DNA of 64,000 nt, taken from positions 50,012 to 114,011 of the forward strand of contig JAVYVJ010000002.1 in the NCBI GenBank assembly GCA_038727705.1, given 5' to 3'. The translations under genes were made by a program, and so were the position numbers. The stretch is from Zestosphaera sp. (GTDB lineage: Archaea > Thermoproteota > Thermoprotei_A > Sulfolobales > NBVN01). Below, in pieces: positions 39,880-49,663 of the stretch. The stretch's first letter is position 1; each line of letters begins with the position of its first letter. The notes below the pieces were generated by a model that was not told where the DNA came from, did not search any database, and worked only from the letters and a program-made list of their open reading frames with translations.

Positions 39880-41400
39880 TCAGCTGAAGTGCTTAGCCAT
39901 CTCCTCATTCCCCGGCAGCTTAAGCAGGGCGTCTATCGCCTCCTCGACCTGCTTGGTGCTCTTGGTCCTCACATCCACTATCAGCCAGTTGAGGAGGTGG
40001 TCTCTGCCGCCGGTTCGGAACGCCTCTAAAGCCCACTCAGCCCTCATAAGTCTGGGCATCATCGCGTACTTCATTATTTTGGTAGGGAGGGTCGTCACGG
40101 GCTTCCCGTGAACACCCTTCCCGTCAACTACGGCCGGCACTTCGACGGTGACGTCGCTGGGCACACCAAACATTACGTCCTTGTTTAACGTGTTGACCTG
40201 TATGGGCACCGGTATCGGTGGCGCTCCGGGTACGGGTATGTGGAGGTGGTAGTGATCCTTAGGAACCCCTGTCGCGATGGCCTCGATGATCTCCACGACT
40301 GACTCACCGCTGGTCACCGGCGGGTACCTACGTGTTAGGGGGGTGCTCCAGTCGAGCACGTTGACGGCCAGCTCACGCAGGCGCCTCTTCAGGTCGGCTG
40401 TGTACATGGCCCACCCCACCTCCGAGTCCGGGCCTCCGTAGGGGCCGTACCAGTACTGCTTGGTCTTTAGATCCCAATGGTACTTCCACGTACCGGCTCT
40501 GACTGCATCCCCTACTGGGAGGAGGCCGTAGGTAGTGTACATGTCTATCGCCGCCGGCGCTAGGTCCACCTCAAACGGGTCGTCAACACTCTCTCTCCAA
40601 GCCCTCCAGTACGCCTCGGAGTCCTCCCTCACCCAGTCACCGAGGTACTCGTAGGCGTCCTCCCCTTCGTATTTGAACTTCGTCAGCCACACTAGGTGGT
40701 TGAACCCAGCGATCTCGACCTCGAGCTCCCTCCAGTCTATCAGGCCTGCCACCGTTGCGTAGCACTTTAGGTCGCCGGCCCCGCATTCAGGAACCACATT
40801 AACCGCGAGCCTCTTCCTAGCAAGCCTCATGCCGAGGGCGAGGACCGCCGACCTCAAGTAACCCAGATGACCGTGGCAAAGCCCGACGGTTCTGACCTTG
40901 CTCACCCTACCGGCCAGTGTGGTGAGTTCGAAGACGGGGTTGGCCACGTTTATGAGCCACGCGTCGGGGGCCAGCTCCTCCACATTCCTCAGGATCTCGG
41001 TAAAGAGCTTGAACTGGTAGTACCCCCATATCGTGTGATAGTCGGAGACGTAGTTCCACTCCACGCTGTTCACGCCGCGGTAATACCCGTGCCTCTCCGA
41101 GACTTCCCTCATCAACTCGTAGTAGTCGTGCCCGCCGGCCATGGCTGAGTTCACGACGAAGTCCGCATCCTTGACCGCCTCCCTGATGTCCGCTGTCCTG
41201 TAAACCCCGGCTTTAACCCCTAGCTCCTCCGCGTACCTCCTCGAGAAGTTGTAGATGACGTCAAGCCTCCACGGCGACACGTCCATAAGCCATATGTCCA
41301 CCGCGTTCCTTAACTCTTCCTTGATTAGGATGTCTCTCACAATGCTGTTAGACCAGACGGCGCTGCCCGCGCCTATGAAGGCTACCTTCAAACGCTCCAC
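39880..41400 (-). CDS. Glycoside hydrolase family 4 (NAD+/Mn2+-dependent alpha-glycosidase)
   Basis: FIGAGSAVW Rossmann motif, INVANP, VGLCHG, AGFNH, VEVPAVVD. Confidence 0.92.
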   Translation of the reverse strand: MERLKVAFIGAGSAVWSNSIVRDILIKEELRNAVDIWLMDVSPWRLDVIYNFSRRYAEELGVKAGVYRTADIREAVKDADFVVNSAMAGGHDYYELMREVSERHGYYRGVNSVEWNYVSDYHTIWGYYQFKLFTEILRNVEELAPDAWLINVANPVFELTTLAGRVSKVRTVGLCHGHLGYLRSAVLALGMRLARKRLAVNVVPECGAGDLKCYATVAGLIDWRELEVEIAGFNHLVWLTKFKYEGEDAYEYLGDWVREDSEAYWRAWRESVDDPFEVDLAPAAIDMYTTYGLLPVGDAVRAGTWKYHWDLKTKQYWYGPYGGPDSEVGWAMYTADLKRRLRELAVNVLDWSTPLTRRYPPVTSGESVVEIIEAIATGVPKDHYHLHIPVPGAPPIPVPIQVNTLNKDVMFGVPSDVTVEVPAVVDGKGVHGKPVTTLPTKIMKYAMMPRLMRAEWALEAFRTGGRDHLLNWLIVDVRTKSTKQVEEAIDALLKLPGNEEMAKHFS

Positions 41401-41495
41401 GCAAACACTCCTCCAAGTAAAATTACGGCACTGCGGGAATTATATTGGGTGGGGAAACTCTGTGGGGTGTGTGGGAGGTGCTCAGGGCCTCTTAC

Positions 41496-42509
41496 TCACA
41501 TGAATGCTGAGACTACGTCAGCATATTGGAATACTATCGGAGTTCCTCCTGTGTGTATGAACACTACCTTCCCTTTGATCTCTCCCCTGTTAACTAGGTC
41601 CATGAGTCCGTACATGCCTTTAGCTGTGTACACTGGATCCAGCAGAAGCCCCTCCAACGACCCCACAGTCCTCATCGTCTCAACGACCTCCCTAGTTATG
41701 ACGCCGTACCCCCCGAACGTGTACTGATCGTAGACTGTGAAGTCGTCTGCCGAGATGTGCAAGTCTACGTTCAGTAGCCTGCCTGCGGACCTGACCAGCT
41801 CCACTCCGTGCTCAGCAATGACGCTCGCCCTGCGGCCGCTAGATATACCTATAACCCTGACGTCATCCATGCCTAGGAGCTTCAGCCCGAGGACGAGTCC
41901 TGCCTGCGTTGCGGCCGTGCCGGACGCGTGTACGATGTAGTCCGGCCTGAACCCCCTCTCAAGGGACTGCTGAACGATCTCCAGAGCGGCTAGAGCGTAC
42001 CCCAGCACGCCGTACTCACTGGCTCCGCCTGCCGGGATCACGTACGGACGCCTGCCCTCGGCCTCAAGGTCTCTGGCCACCTTACCCATGAGTTCCTCGG
42101 CCTCCTTCGCGGACTCAGCATAGACTATCTTCCCGTCAAGCAGGCGCTCCAGCAGTATATTGCCCTGCATTTCCGGAGGGATGTCTGGCAGGTGCCTGTA
42201 CAGCACCACGTAGGCGTCCAGGCCAGCCCTCCTGGCAGCCGCGACCGTCAGCCTCGCGTGGTTTGAGTGGTACGCACCCATTGTCACGAGTACGTCGCGC
42301 CCGCATGACAGTGCGTGAGCCAGTATGAACTCCAGCTTCCTGACCTTATTGCCCCCCATGACGAGCTCCATGACGTCGTCCCTCTTAACCCACAGCTCCA
42401 CGCTGAGCTTCCTACCCAGTTTAGGAGCTTCCTCCATTGGCGTGGGCAGAGACGTTAACCTGAAGCGTGGGAAAGACAATATCCTCCCGATCAAGCTCCC
42501 GCCCCGCAC
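41496..42509 (-). CDS. D-cysteine desulfhydrase / ACC deaminase family PLP enzyme
   Basis: LWVKRDD..ELVMGGNKVRKLEF, SNHAR, ASGTAATQAG, LDPVYTAKG, HTGG. Confidence 0.9.
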   Translation of the reverse strand: MRGGSLIGRILSFPRFRLTSLPTPMEEAPKLGRKLSVELWVKRDDVMELVMGGNKVRKLEFILAHALSCGRDVLVTMGAYHSNHARLTVAAARRAGLDAYVVLYRHLPDIPPEMQGNILLERLLDGKIVYAESAKEAEELMGKVARDLEAEGRRPYVIPAGGASEYGVLGYALAALEIVQQSLERGFRPDYIVHASGTAATQAGLVLGLKLLGMDDVRVIGISSGRRASVIAEHGVELVRSAGRLLNVDLHISADDFTVYDQYTFGGYGVITREVVETMRTVGSLEGLLLDPVYTAKGMYGLMDLVNRGEIKGKVVFIHTGGTPIVFQYADVVSAFM

Positions 42510-42694
42510 AAGTAATAATAGCGGCAGGAGTTAAAAACGCGGGACTCCTATCAGTCAGTGAGCGTGTGTTACTAGGAGATATGCAAACGTTGCATAGCGG
42601 AGGGATCTCCTCAGAGATCCCCTCATCGATTACAATGAGGTAACTGAAAGAGATTCAAGTTTTAAGATCTGATATGCATTACTATTGGTGATTT

Positions 42695-42904
42695 TTGCCG
42701 AGGAGTGAGTACTTAGAGAGGCTGTACAGGGTGTTTCCCTGGGTTGAGGACCCCTCCACGCCTGAAGGTTCTAGGAGGTATCAAGACACGGTCTCCGAGT
42801 TCAAGAGAGTCATTGAGCACACGTGGTTTAAGGAGCTCGTGGGCGGGAGGAGAGAGCTTAGGCTGGTTGACCTCTGCAGTGGTACAGGGGTTGGGGGGTT
42901 ATGA
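42695..42904 (+). pseudogene. N-terminal fragment of a class I SAM methyltransferase
   Basis: Ends right after motif I (LVDLCSGTGVGG) and abuts argH-derived sequence. Confidence 0.65.
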
Positions 42905-43658
42905 CCCCCATCATCAGGGAGAGAGTGGCCTCCAACCTATTCGGCGGGGTGGTCTACAACACGCTCAACGCCTCAGGCGGCAGGGACTTTATAACGCTGA
43001 CTATGGCCCTCGACACGTCGCTACTTACCTTCCTCTCAAGGATTGTTGAGGACCTGATAATTTACTCCATGCCACAACTGAATTACGTCAGGTTGCCAAG
43101 CGAGCACCTGGCCACAAGCAGTATCATGCCCCACAAGAAGAACCCCGTGACCTTGGAGGTCGTGAGGACGAGGGCGGCTGAAGCAACAGGACACCTCGTC
43201 GCATCTCTATCGGTACTGAAGGGCCTCCCCTCAGGCTACAGCCTAGACCTCCAAGAATAGACAAGCACGTGTTCAAGGTTCTCCAGAACACAGCGGAGAC
43301 TGTAGAGATCCTCACGGACGTGGTTGAGAAGCTGGAAGTCAACAGTGAATCGGTTATGAGGGATCTGAGGAATTACCCAGTGCTTGCGTCAGAGCTGGCC
43401 GAGTTAATAACTATTAGGTCAGGAAGGCCCTACAGGGAGGTCTATGAGGAGATGGCCGAACTCGTGAGGAACTCGAGAGAAGCTGTTGAACTCTATGAGG
43501 CGGTCAGAGCTAAGTACGGAATAAATCTAAGCTATGAGGACGCAGTGCTGTTAAGACCCGTTAAAGGCTCTACGAGTAGCGAGAGTGTCTTGACCTACTT
43601 AAGCATGGCTGAGAGGGAGGTGGAGCTGTACAGGTCAAAACTGAGCGGGTCACGCTGA
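42901..43658 (+). pseudogene. argH: Argininosuccinate lyase, C-terminal half only, frameshifted near 43258
   Basis: TSSIMPHKKNP signature and KGLPSGYSLDLQE. GAATAGAC reads as a one-base deletion of GAA ATA GAC (E-I-D). The N-terminal half is absent. Confidence 0.8.
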
Positions 43659-43791
43659 GCTGAAGTGAAATACCGTTCACCCTTAGATTCAGGAGGCCCG
43701 CCCATAGCTGGAAGCCCGCTCCTCAGGGCATGAGGTTCCCAGCCATGTAAATTTAAATTTAAGTACCCCTCACACCTTAGGGGACAGCTAC

Positions 43792-43959
43792 GTGCAGGAT
43801 CAGGAGGCTCGCGATCTTGAGGAGAGGGTTGAGAAAGTGAGGATCTTAATTAAGGCTCTTGAGGAGAGGATAACAATGGTTGAGAAGGATTTGGCCAGGA
43901 TCTACGAACTGCAGGGAGTGTTTAAGAAATGTATTGAGGCCAACTCCCATGGACTGTGA
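43792..43959 (+). CDS. Small coiled-coil protein (55 aa), not in the ORF track
   Basis: GTG start; MQDQEARDLEERVEKVRILIKALEERITMVEKDLARIYELQGVFKKCIEANSHGL; TATA-like ATTTAAATTTAA ~30 bp upstream. Confidence 0.55.
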   Translation: MQDQEARDLEERVEKVRILIKALEERITMVEKDLARIYELQGVFKKCIEANSHGL

Positions 43960-44170
43960 GGAGGCCGCTCTTAGGAGGCTCCTGCTGGATCTCTCATCGA
44001 GAGCTGCCTCCCTCCACTTCAGGCTGGTCACGCTATATGAGGAAGCAAGAATCGAGACCATAAGACTCTCAGGCCTCTTGTCCTTCTGTGAGACGTACGT
44101 TGGAGGACAACACCCCCTGAGGAAGGAGGTTGAGATATTCCTAAGGAAGTACGTCCTCACATCCGACTAA
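43949..44170 (+). CDS. Small helical hypothetical protein (73 aa)
   Basis: ATG at 43949 overlaps the upstream ORF; MDCEEAALRRLLLDLSSRAASLHFRLVTLYEE... Confidence 0.5.
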   Translation: MDCEEAALRRLLLDLSSRAASLHFRLVTLYEEARIETIRLSGLLSFCETYVGGQHPLRKEVEIFLRKYVLTSD

Positions 44171-44470
44171 CCTCATCACAGACTCCACCCACCCTTCCCA
44201 ACCCACACGTAGGGAGTCACCCCCACCAACTGCTTCAGAGAGCGCTATGGCGGCCCATAACCCCGTAGCGCCAAGCCTCCAAGATCGCCGGCGGCCGCCC
44301 AATACCATTCCTAAAATTACCTGATTATCTGGAGTTCCATTGCGTGTTGAGGATCACGCCCCCCAGTCATTAGAACCATCTTCAATGAAATATCAGCACT
44401 ACATCTTCACTTATTCTCGGGAATAACGATTTATTAGTTCTGGTGCGGAACTTAGTTCTGGTGCGGAACC

Positions 44471-45496
44471 TTGGGCCTCTTCGACCTGAGACCGAAGTCC
44501 TTAAGGAGTGAGCTCTTCGACAGGGAAGAAGAGCTCGACGTGCTCCATAGAGCTCTAGAGCGTGGCTATCCCTTAACAGTCCTCATGGGGATAAGACGTG
44601 TTGGGAAGACGAGCTTATTAAAGACGTTTCTCAATGAAGTAAGTGGAGTGTATATCGATGTACGTGGGGTATATAGGAGAAGTGACCTTGAGTTCAGGGT
44701 ATCGGACGCCCTTAACGAGTCCTCACGCAGAATAAAGAAATTCTTAGAGGGGATCCGTGGCATAAGCGTCTCTGGGTTCTCGGTTGAGATAAAATGGAGG
44801 GGGAGGGACTCGATTAGCTTTATTGGGCTACTCGAAGAGCTTAATAAGAAAAAAGAGAAGTTCGTCGTGGCTCTGGACGAGGTCCAGACGGCTAGGCCAC
44901 CGCTCTCGGCAGAGATCAGAGGTGCTCTAGCGTACGCATACGATAACCTAGAGAACATAGTTTTCATCGTAGCTGGCTCTGAGATGGGGATGCTCAGAGA
45001 CTTCCTTAAGGCGGGGGATCCCTCATCCCCGCTGTACGGCAGGCACTTGCATGAGGTCGTGGTGAGGAGGTTCACGCGGGAGGAGTCCGTGGAGTTCCTC
45101 GTGAGGGGTTTTAGGGAGGAAGGGGTGGAGCCCCCTGAGGAAGTAGTCGAGGAGTCCGTGGAGTTCTTCGATGGGGTTGTCGGATGGCTTGTATTGTTCG
45201 GTAGGAGGTACGTTGATGGTTTCCGAGACCTCAGAAGTTTAAAGGAGATGGCGATTCAGCTTTCACGTGAGGAACTCGAGAAGCTGGGCCCGCGTGAAAA
45301 AATGGCATTGAAGGCCATAGCCTCCGGTTGCAAGAGCTGGAGTGCTGTGAGGGACTACGTTTTAGAACACAGCGGCGTCGCGATGCCGAAGTCCACCCTC
45401 TCAAGGATCATCGACAAGCTGGAAAAGCTCAGCATAATAGGCAGCTATGAGTTCCTCGACCCGGTGTATAAAGAGGCGGCCACACGGCTTAAGTAA
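44471..45496 (+). CDS. Archaeal ATPase (P-loop, STAND-like ATPase_2) with C-terminal winged helix
   Basis: LFDREEEL, GIRRVGKTSLL (Walker A), VALDEVQ (Walker B), AGSE.G, PLYGR, FLDPVY. Confidence 0.9.
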   Translation: MGLFDLRPKSLRSELFDREEELDVLHRALERGYPLTVLMGIRRVGKTSLLKTFLNEVSGVYIDVRGVYRRSDLEFRVSDALNESSRRIKKFLEGIRGISVSGFSVEIKWRGRDSISFIGLLEELNKKKEKFVVALDEVQTARPPLSAEIRGALAYAYDNLENIVFIVAGSEMGMLRDFLKAGDPSSPLYGRHLHEVVVRRFTREESVEFLVRGFREEGVEPPEEVVEESVEFFDGVVGWLVLFGRRYVDGFRDLRSLKEMAIQLSREELEKLGPREKMALKAIASGCKSWSAVRDYVLEHSGVAMPKSTLSRIIDKLEKLSIIGSYEFLDPVYKEAATRLK

Positions 45497-45728
45497 GTAG
45501 GGCATGAATGGATTTAAAAGTCGGTTTATTGGGAAAGAGAATTTGCCGCAGTGTTTTTAGATCCGCTGAGACACGCTATATTGCCTTCCCACCTGACTCA
45601 TGGGGCCCCACTTGCTGAGAGGACTCCCTGGCTGTGGGCGCTCGCCACGGCGTTCGGTGATGCCGGATTAAGCACGTGCCTGTCAGCGACGTGCGTAATT
45701 CTTTATTAAGGTATATTACAGTAGTGAT

Positions 45729-48605
45729 ATGGTCAGGATTATGTTGAGGGGATTAACTTTATGCTTGCTCCTCCTAATCCTCACATTCCTTAGCTTGACT
45801 TCATCCATCATCGTAGCATTCTGCAGGACCTCGGCCTACGGTCGTGCTGGCGGGTCCTCCGCGTGGGAGACTTCCTTCGAGGGTGTTAGCAGCTCTAGGT
45901 ACAGCTTCCATGTGGGGGACGTGGCCAATGCTGTGAAGCTCGTTCTATACATGGATTCCTCAGGCGATGTTAACAGCGACTGGGTTAAGGTCATTGTCTA
46001 CGGTGATGTTGCAGCGGTCCCCGATCCGTCGGCTGGGTTCAGGAGATACCTCGTCGGGTACAGTAGAATAGGCTACGAGAATGACGGGAAGGGCACGGCG
46101 AGGGGCCTGCATGTGGTGTACTACATACTCCCGGAGACCACGTACCTGGACTCCGTTGAGTTGGAGCTTCACTCGGAGCGCGGGTTCCCCAAGCTAGACA
46201 CCGCGAGGTCGTGGGTGGAACCTTTGAACATGACGACGCTCTACTGGGCTCAGAGGGATGAGGGCGGTACCTACGGCACCACCTACATGACCACCGCAGG
46301 CGCTGTAGGCAATGAGTTGAGGGTTGCGGCGCTGTCTTGTGGAACTAGGGGTTGTCCGGCGTCTCACACGAGCAGCATTTCAGCGTATCACATCATGTCC
46401 TTCGTGCCGGACATGGGGGGTGTGGCTGACATATACTTCGATGTTGGCTATATGGGAGGCTTCAACATAGCTCCTGTGAGCTTCGCAGGCGGGGGGAAGT
46501 ACAGGATTAAGCTGGACGTCGGCGTCGAGCAGGCTAGTAGCTTAGACAAGATCGTGTCAGACCAAGACTTCGTGACGCTCTTCTACTTAAGCGGCGGTGA
46601 GGGCTTGCCCGAGCTGGCCACCCGCTTCGTGGAGGGGCGTGTTGAGGACGTGTTACTCGACCTGATCACCGACTACGGGGCTGAGTTCGTAACGTCCGCC
46701 GCGGGGAAGGCCGTGCTGAAGTCCATACCGTTCATCGCTCAGATAGTGGAGTGGGCGGAGATATTCTGGAGTCTAGGGTATGACGAGATAGTGAACGGGA
46801 GCAGGAGGGTCGTGCTCAACAACACCTACATAGACTACAAGTCCGGTGAGAGGGTTAACCTATGGACGCATTTCGTGGGGATCGCTGAGTCCACCCTGCT
46901 GTCATCCAACATCATAAACTTCTGCGGAGAGCCCCCATGGCAGAACTTCCTTGACACGTACTTCGGGACCAGGGTCTGGAGGCTAGATCACGGCGGCGTG
47001 CACTTAGGCGGCGTTGTCCTCGACTACTTCAACGTGCCTGAAGTGATCTCGGAGCTGCCTCAAGGCGGGGTGTATAGGGCTACGGACAGTATATCGGTGG
47101 TCTTCGATAAGTCCATATCTGAGGCGTCCCTACCACCTCACGATGACTCCATAGCTGTCCGCCTGAACGGTGTTGGAAGGCCTTTCCTGGAGTACTTCAG
47201 GTACAGGCTGAGCCGAAACAACACCGTGCTGCTCATCTATCCAAACTACCACCTTGAGTACGGTAGCACGTACGTCATCGAGCTAACGCAGAGGATTAGA
47301 GGCAGTGACGGTACAAACATAGTTAAACCGTACGTCATGTGGTTCTCCACTGAGGAAAGGGCTCAGACCGTGCCCCCGTTCTACTACGTAATGCCTACAG
47401 CTACTGCGGCAACCCTGCCCGACCACCTCACATATCAGGGGAAGGTGTTCAGCGCCTACCTCTACGGCAATGCCTCGATTGATTGGAGTGGGGCGGGGTT
47501 GAGTGAGGTCCCGCTCTACGTGGACGGTCGGAGGGTCAGTGCTAAGTACGTGGGTGAGGCAGTGCTCTACACGAACGACATAAACGTGGATTACTATGAC
47601 GGCGGTTCGGGGAGACTCTACCTGGCGAACGGCACTCTCTTGTTCACTCCGTTAAGCGGGTGGGACGGAGGCTACCCACCTAAAAGGGGATTGCTGGTCT
47701 TCAGGCTTGGAGGGTTAGTGAACGTGGTGAAGGACCAGCCCGCAAGGCTGGCGGTTTCCTGGGTGCGCGTGGGCAACCCGAACGTGGAGAGGTCCTTGAG
47801 GAACGCAGGGATTGTTGAGGGAGCCCTCCTGGATCTGGAGCCCGTTCCATTCGCCAACTACGCACTCATATCATCGGTTGGTAAGGTGGGTGAGGGGGTG
47901 GTTCTGTCGGGGCGTGACCACCGCGTCAACGGCTCCAGGCTAGCGCTCTACCTCGTCACAGTAGACGATAGGGGGGTGCACGGGTTGGCGGAACTGTTGG
48001 GGAATTACACTCCGATGTATAAGGTTGGTTTAGGCGGTTCAGTGTTTATGGATGCGGACGTCTTCGTGTTCGTGGCGGTGAACTCGTCGATCATGGCGGC
48101 GTGGAGGTTAGCTCCCTACGGCTACGTCTCCCAGATTGAACAGTCGAAGGTGTACACCTACACCATCAAGTTATTAAGCCCTGAGCCCGTGGAGATCATA
48201 ATAACGACGAACACGAGCGTTAAGGAATTAGATAAATCCAAGCTACCGAGCGAGCTAAGGCTCGTGGTGGAGGGAGAGGTGGGGGGTGCAGGGTACGCGA
48301 TCCTCGCGATTCCTAAGCAACTCAACATGGTGGTCAGCTTGGCCACCGTTGACGGGAGGCCCGCAACAATTGAAAGGATTGACCAAACAACGGCTGACGT
48401 GGTTTTGGCGAGGATCGCTTACAAGCTAACGCAGGAAAGCTCAACACTGAGTATATACCTCTCCAAAGAAGTGGAGCCTGGAACACGGACGCCTGCAGAG
48501 ACGAGCACGGCAGGACCGCAATCCCTCCCAGGCGAAGCGATGCTCGCAATAGCGTCTATTGCGTTAGCAGTCGCGGCCTTAGTCATCCTCAAAAGCAGGA
48601 AGTAG
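45729..48605 (+). CDS. Large secreted/cell-surface protein with Ig-like (SbsA/Big_5-like) domain and C-terminal membrane anchor
   Basis: N-terminal hydrophobic signal; SISVVFDKSI...LLIYP...LEYGSTYVIEL Ig-like repeat; P/T-rich linker; final TM followed by KSRK. Confidence 0.75.
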   Translation: MVRIMLRGLTLCLLLLILTFLSLTSSIIVAFCRTSAYGRAGGSSAWETSFEGVSSSRYSFHVGDVANAVKLVLYMDSSGDVNSDWVKVIVYGDVAAVPDPSAGFRRYLVGYSRIGYENDGKGTARGLHVVYYILPETTYLDSVELELHSERGFPKLDTARSWVEPLNMTTLYWAQRDEGGTYGTTYMTTAGAVGNELRVAALSCGTRGCPASHTSSISAYHIMSFVPDMGGVADIYFDVGYMGGFNIAPVSFAGGGKYRIKLDVGVEQASSLDKIVSDQDFVTLFYLSGGEGLPELATRFVEGRVEDVLLDLITDYGAEFVTSAAGKAVLKSIPFIAQIVEWAEIFWSLGYDEIVNGSRRVVLNNTYIDYKSGERVNLWTHFVGIAESTLLSSNIINFCGEPPWQNFLDTYFGTRVWRLDHGGVHLGGVVLDYFNVPEVISELPQGGVYRATDSISVVFDKSISEASLPPHDDSIAVRLNGVGRPFLEYFRYRLSRNNTVLLIYPNYHLEYGSTYVIELTQRIRGSDGTNIVKPYVMWFSTEERAQTVPPFYYVMPTATAATLPDHLTYQGKVFSAYLYGNASIDWSGAGLSEVPLYVDGRRVSAKYVGEAVLYTNDINVDYYDGGSGRLYLANGTLLFTPLSGWDGGYPPKRGLLVFRLGGLVNVVKDQPARLAVSWVRVGNPNVERSLRNAGIVEGALLDLEPVPFANYALISSVGKVGEGVVLSGRDHRVNGSRLALYLVTVDDRGVHGLAELLGNYTPMYKVGLGGSVFMDADVFVFVAVNSSIMAAWRLAPYGYVSQIEQSKVYTYTIKLLSPEPVEIIITTNTSVKELDKSKLPSELRLVVEGEVGGAGYAILAIPKQLNMVVSLATVDGRPATIERIDQTTADVVLARIAYKLTQESSTLSIYLSKEVEPGTRTPAETSTAGPQSLPGEAMLAIASIALAVAALVILKSRK

Positions 48606-48995
48606 TCCTGACTCCCCTCCCCCTTCTTAACGGTGTTTACGACCCGATGCCGAGTCTTCAGCTGAAATTTTCTGCTGTTTACGTAGAGTCTCGATTACGT
48701 TAAGAGAGACGACTCACTCAAACAGGCACGTAACAGGACTCCCTGTTCACGCGTGATCACCTCCCCAGTTCACCCGTAAGTAAGCCAGACTCTACCTGAG
48801 TAGTGGAGGGGGAGACCCCCCTCATCTCCCCCGTGACCTGATTAGCGAGTGACAGGAGGGTACAGGCGCCTGACACCCAAACAGGGAGGAACTGGAAGGC
48901 GCCCGCAACACCCTAACCCACAAAAGAAAAAAGAACAGGGGCGAGTCCCTCCTACGGGCGGGCCAGGTGGCTGGCTAGGGGGAGTCAGGGAGGGG

Positions 48996-49129
48996 TCAGG
49001 CAGCGTATATCCTGCCCGTGTACTCGGCAACGAACCCAGGAAGCTTAGAAATCTCAGCAACCTGGAGTAGCTCTTATCTACGGCGTAATCCCCGAAAACC
49101 CTCCTAATCTTCGCGAACAAGTCACTCAT
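48996..49129 (-). pseudogene. N-terminal relic of a BrxL-like (Lon-related BREX) protein
   Basis: MSDLFAKIRRVFGDYAVDK; a shifted frame continues KLPGFVAEY, resembling the recalled N-terminus of archaeal BrxL/TIGR02688-like proteins. Confidence 0.45.
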
Positions 49130-49133
49130 AAGG

Positions 49134-49415
49134 CTACCCGAGCTTCAGTGTGCTGGGCCTCTTGGGACCCGTTGGTAGAGACTTAGGGGACGTAATCTTG
49201 AATGAGTCCTCGCAACTGCACTCTCCGCAGATGAAGGTGTATTTAACCTCGTAGGCACCCTCTGGAAGAACAACCTCTGTACTAGGTTATAAGGTACTCT
49301 GCTCCTCATCCTCATAAGCACGATAACTCGCTGGGTAATCGCAGGAGTAATCTACTGATTTGAAGGAAGGAGGATAGTCGAGCCTGATGAAAAATAAACT
49401 ACCCTCTCCTAGCTT
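49134..49415 (-). pseudogene. Decayed C-terminal fragment of the gene upstream of the BrxL-like relic
   Basis: Beta-rich frame (FFIRLDYP...EVVLPEGAYEVKYTFIC) with an internal TAA at 49287-49289; its stop lies 4 bp before the BrxL-like ATG. Confidence 0.35.
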
Positions 49416-49663
49416 TTCTTTTTTCTTTCTAGTTATACTGGTTGACTACACCATTCACAGTTATTGATGCTCAAGTGTTAAGAGATAAGAGATGAGAGCG
49501 TATATCACGAACTACCACTGAGAAGTTTAGCTCTTACGTAAGTGAAACACGCATAGCTTAATCAAGGCTCTACTCGAGCACGGGGCTGACATCTGCTAGA
49601 TTTACTCTTAAGAAGCAAAACGAAAGCTAAAGCAATATGTAACCATTTTCCAATTTCCCGAGT

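Noticed and set aside
44171-44470. GC-rich stretch as att site or tRNA fragment
   Set aside because: No match to the tRNA-Val halves and no cloverleaf.
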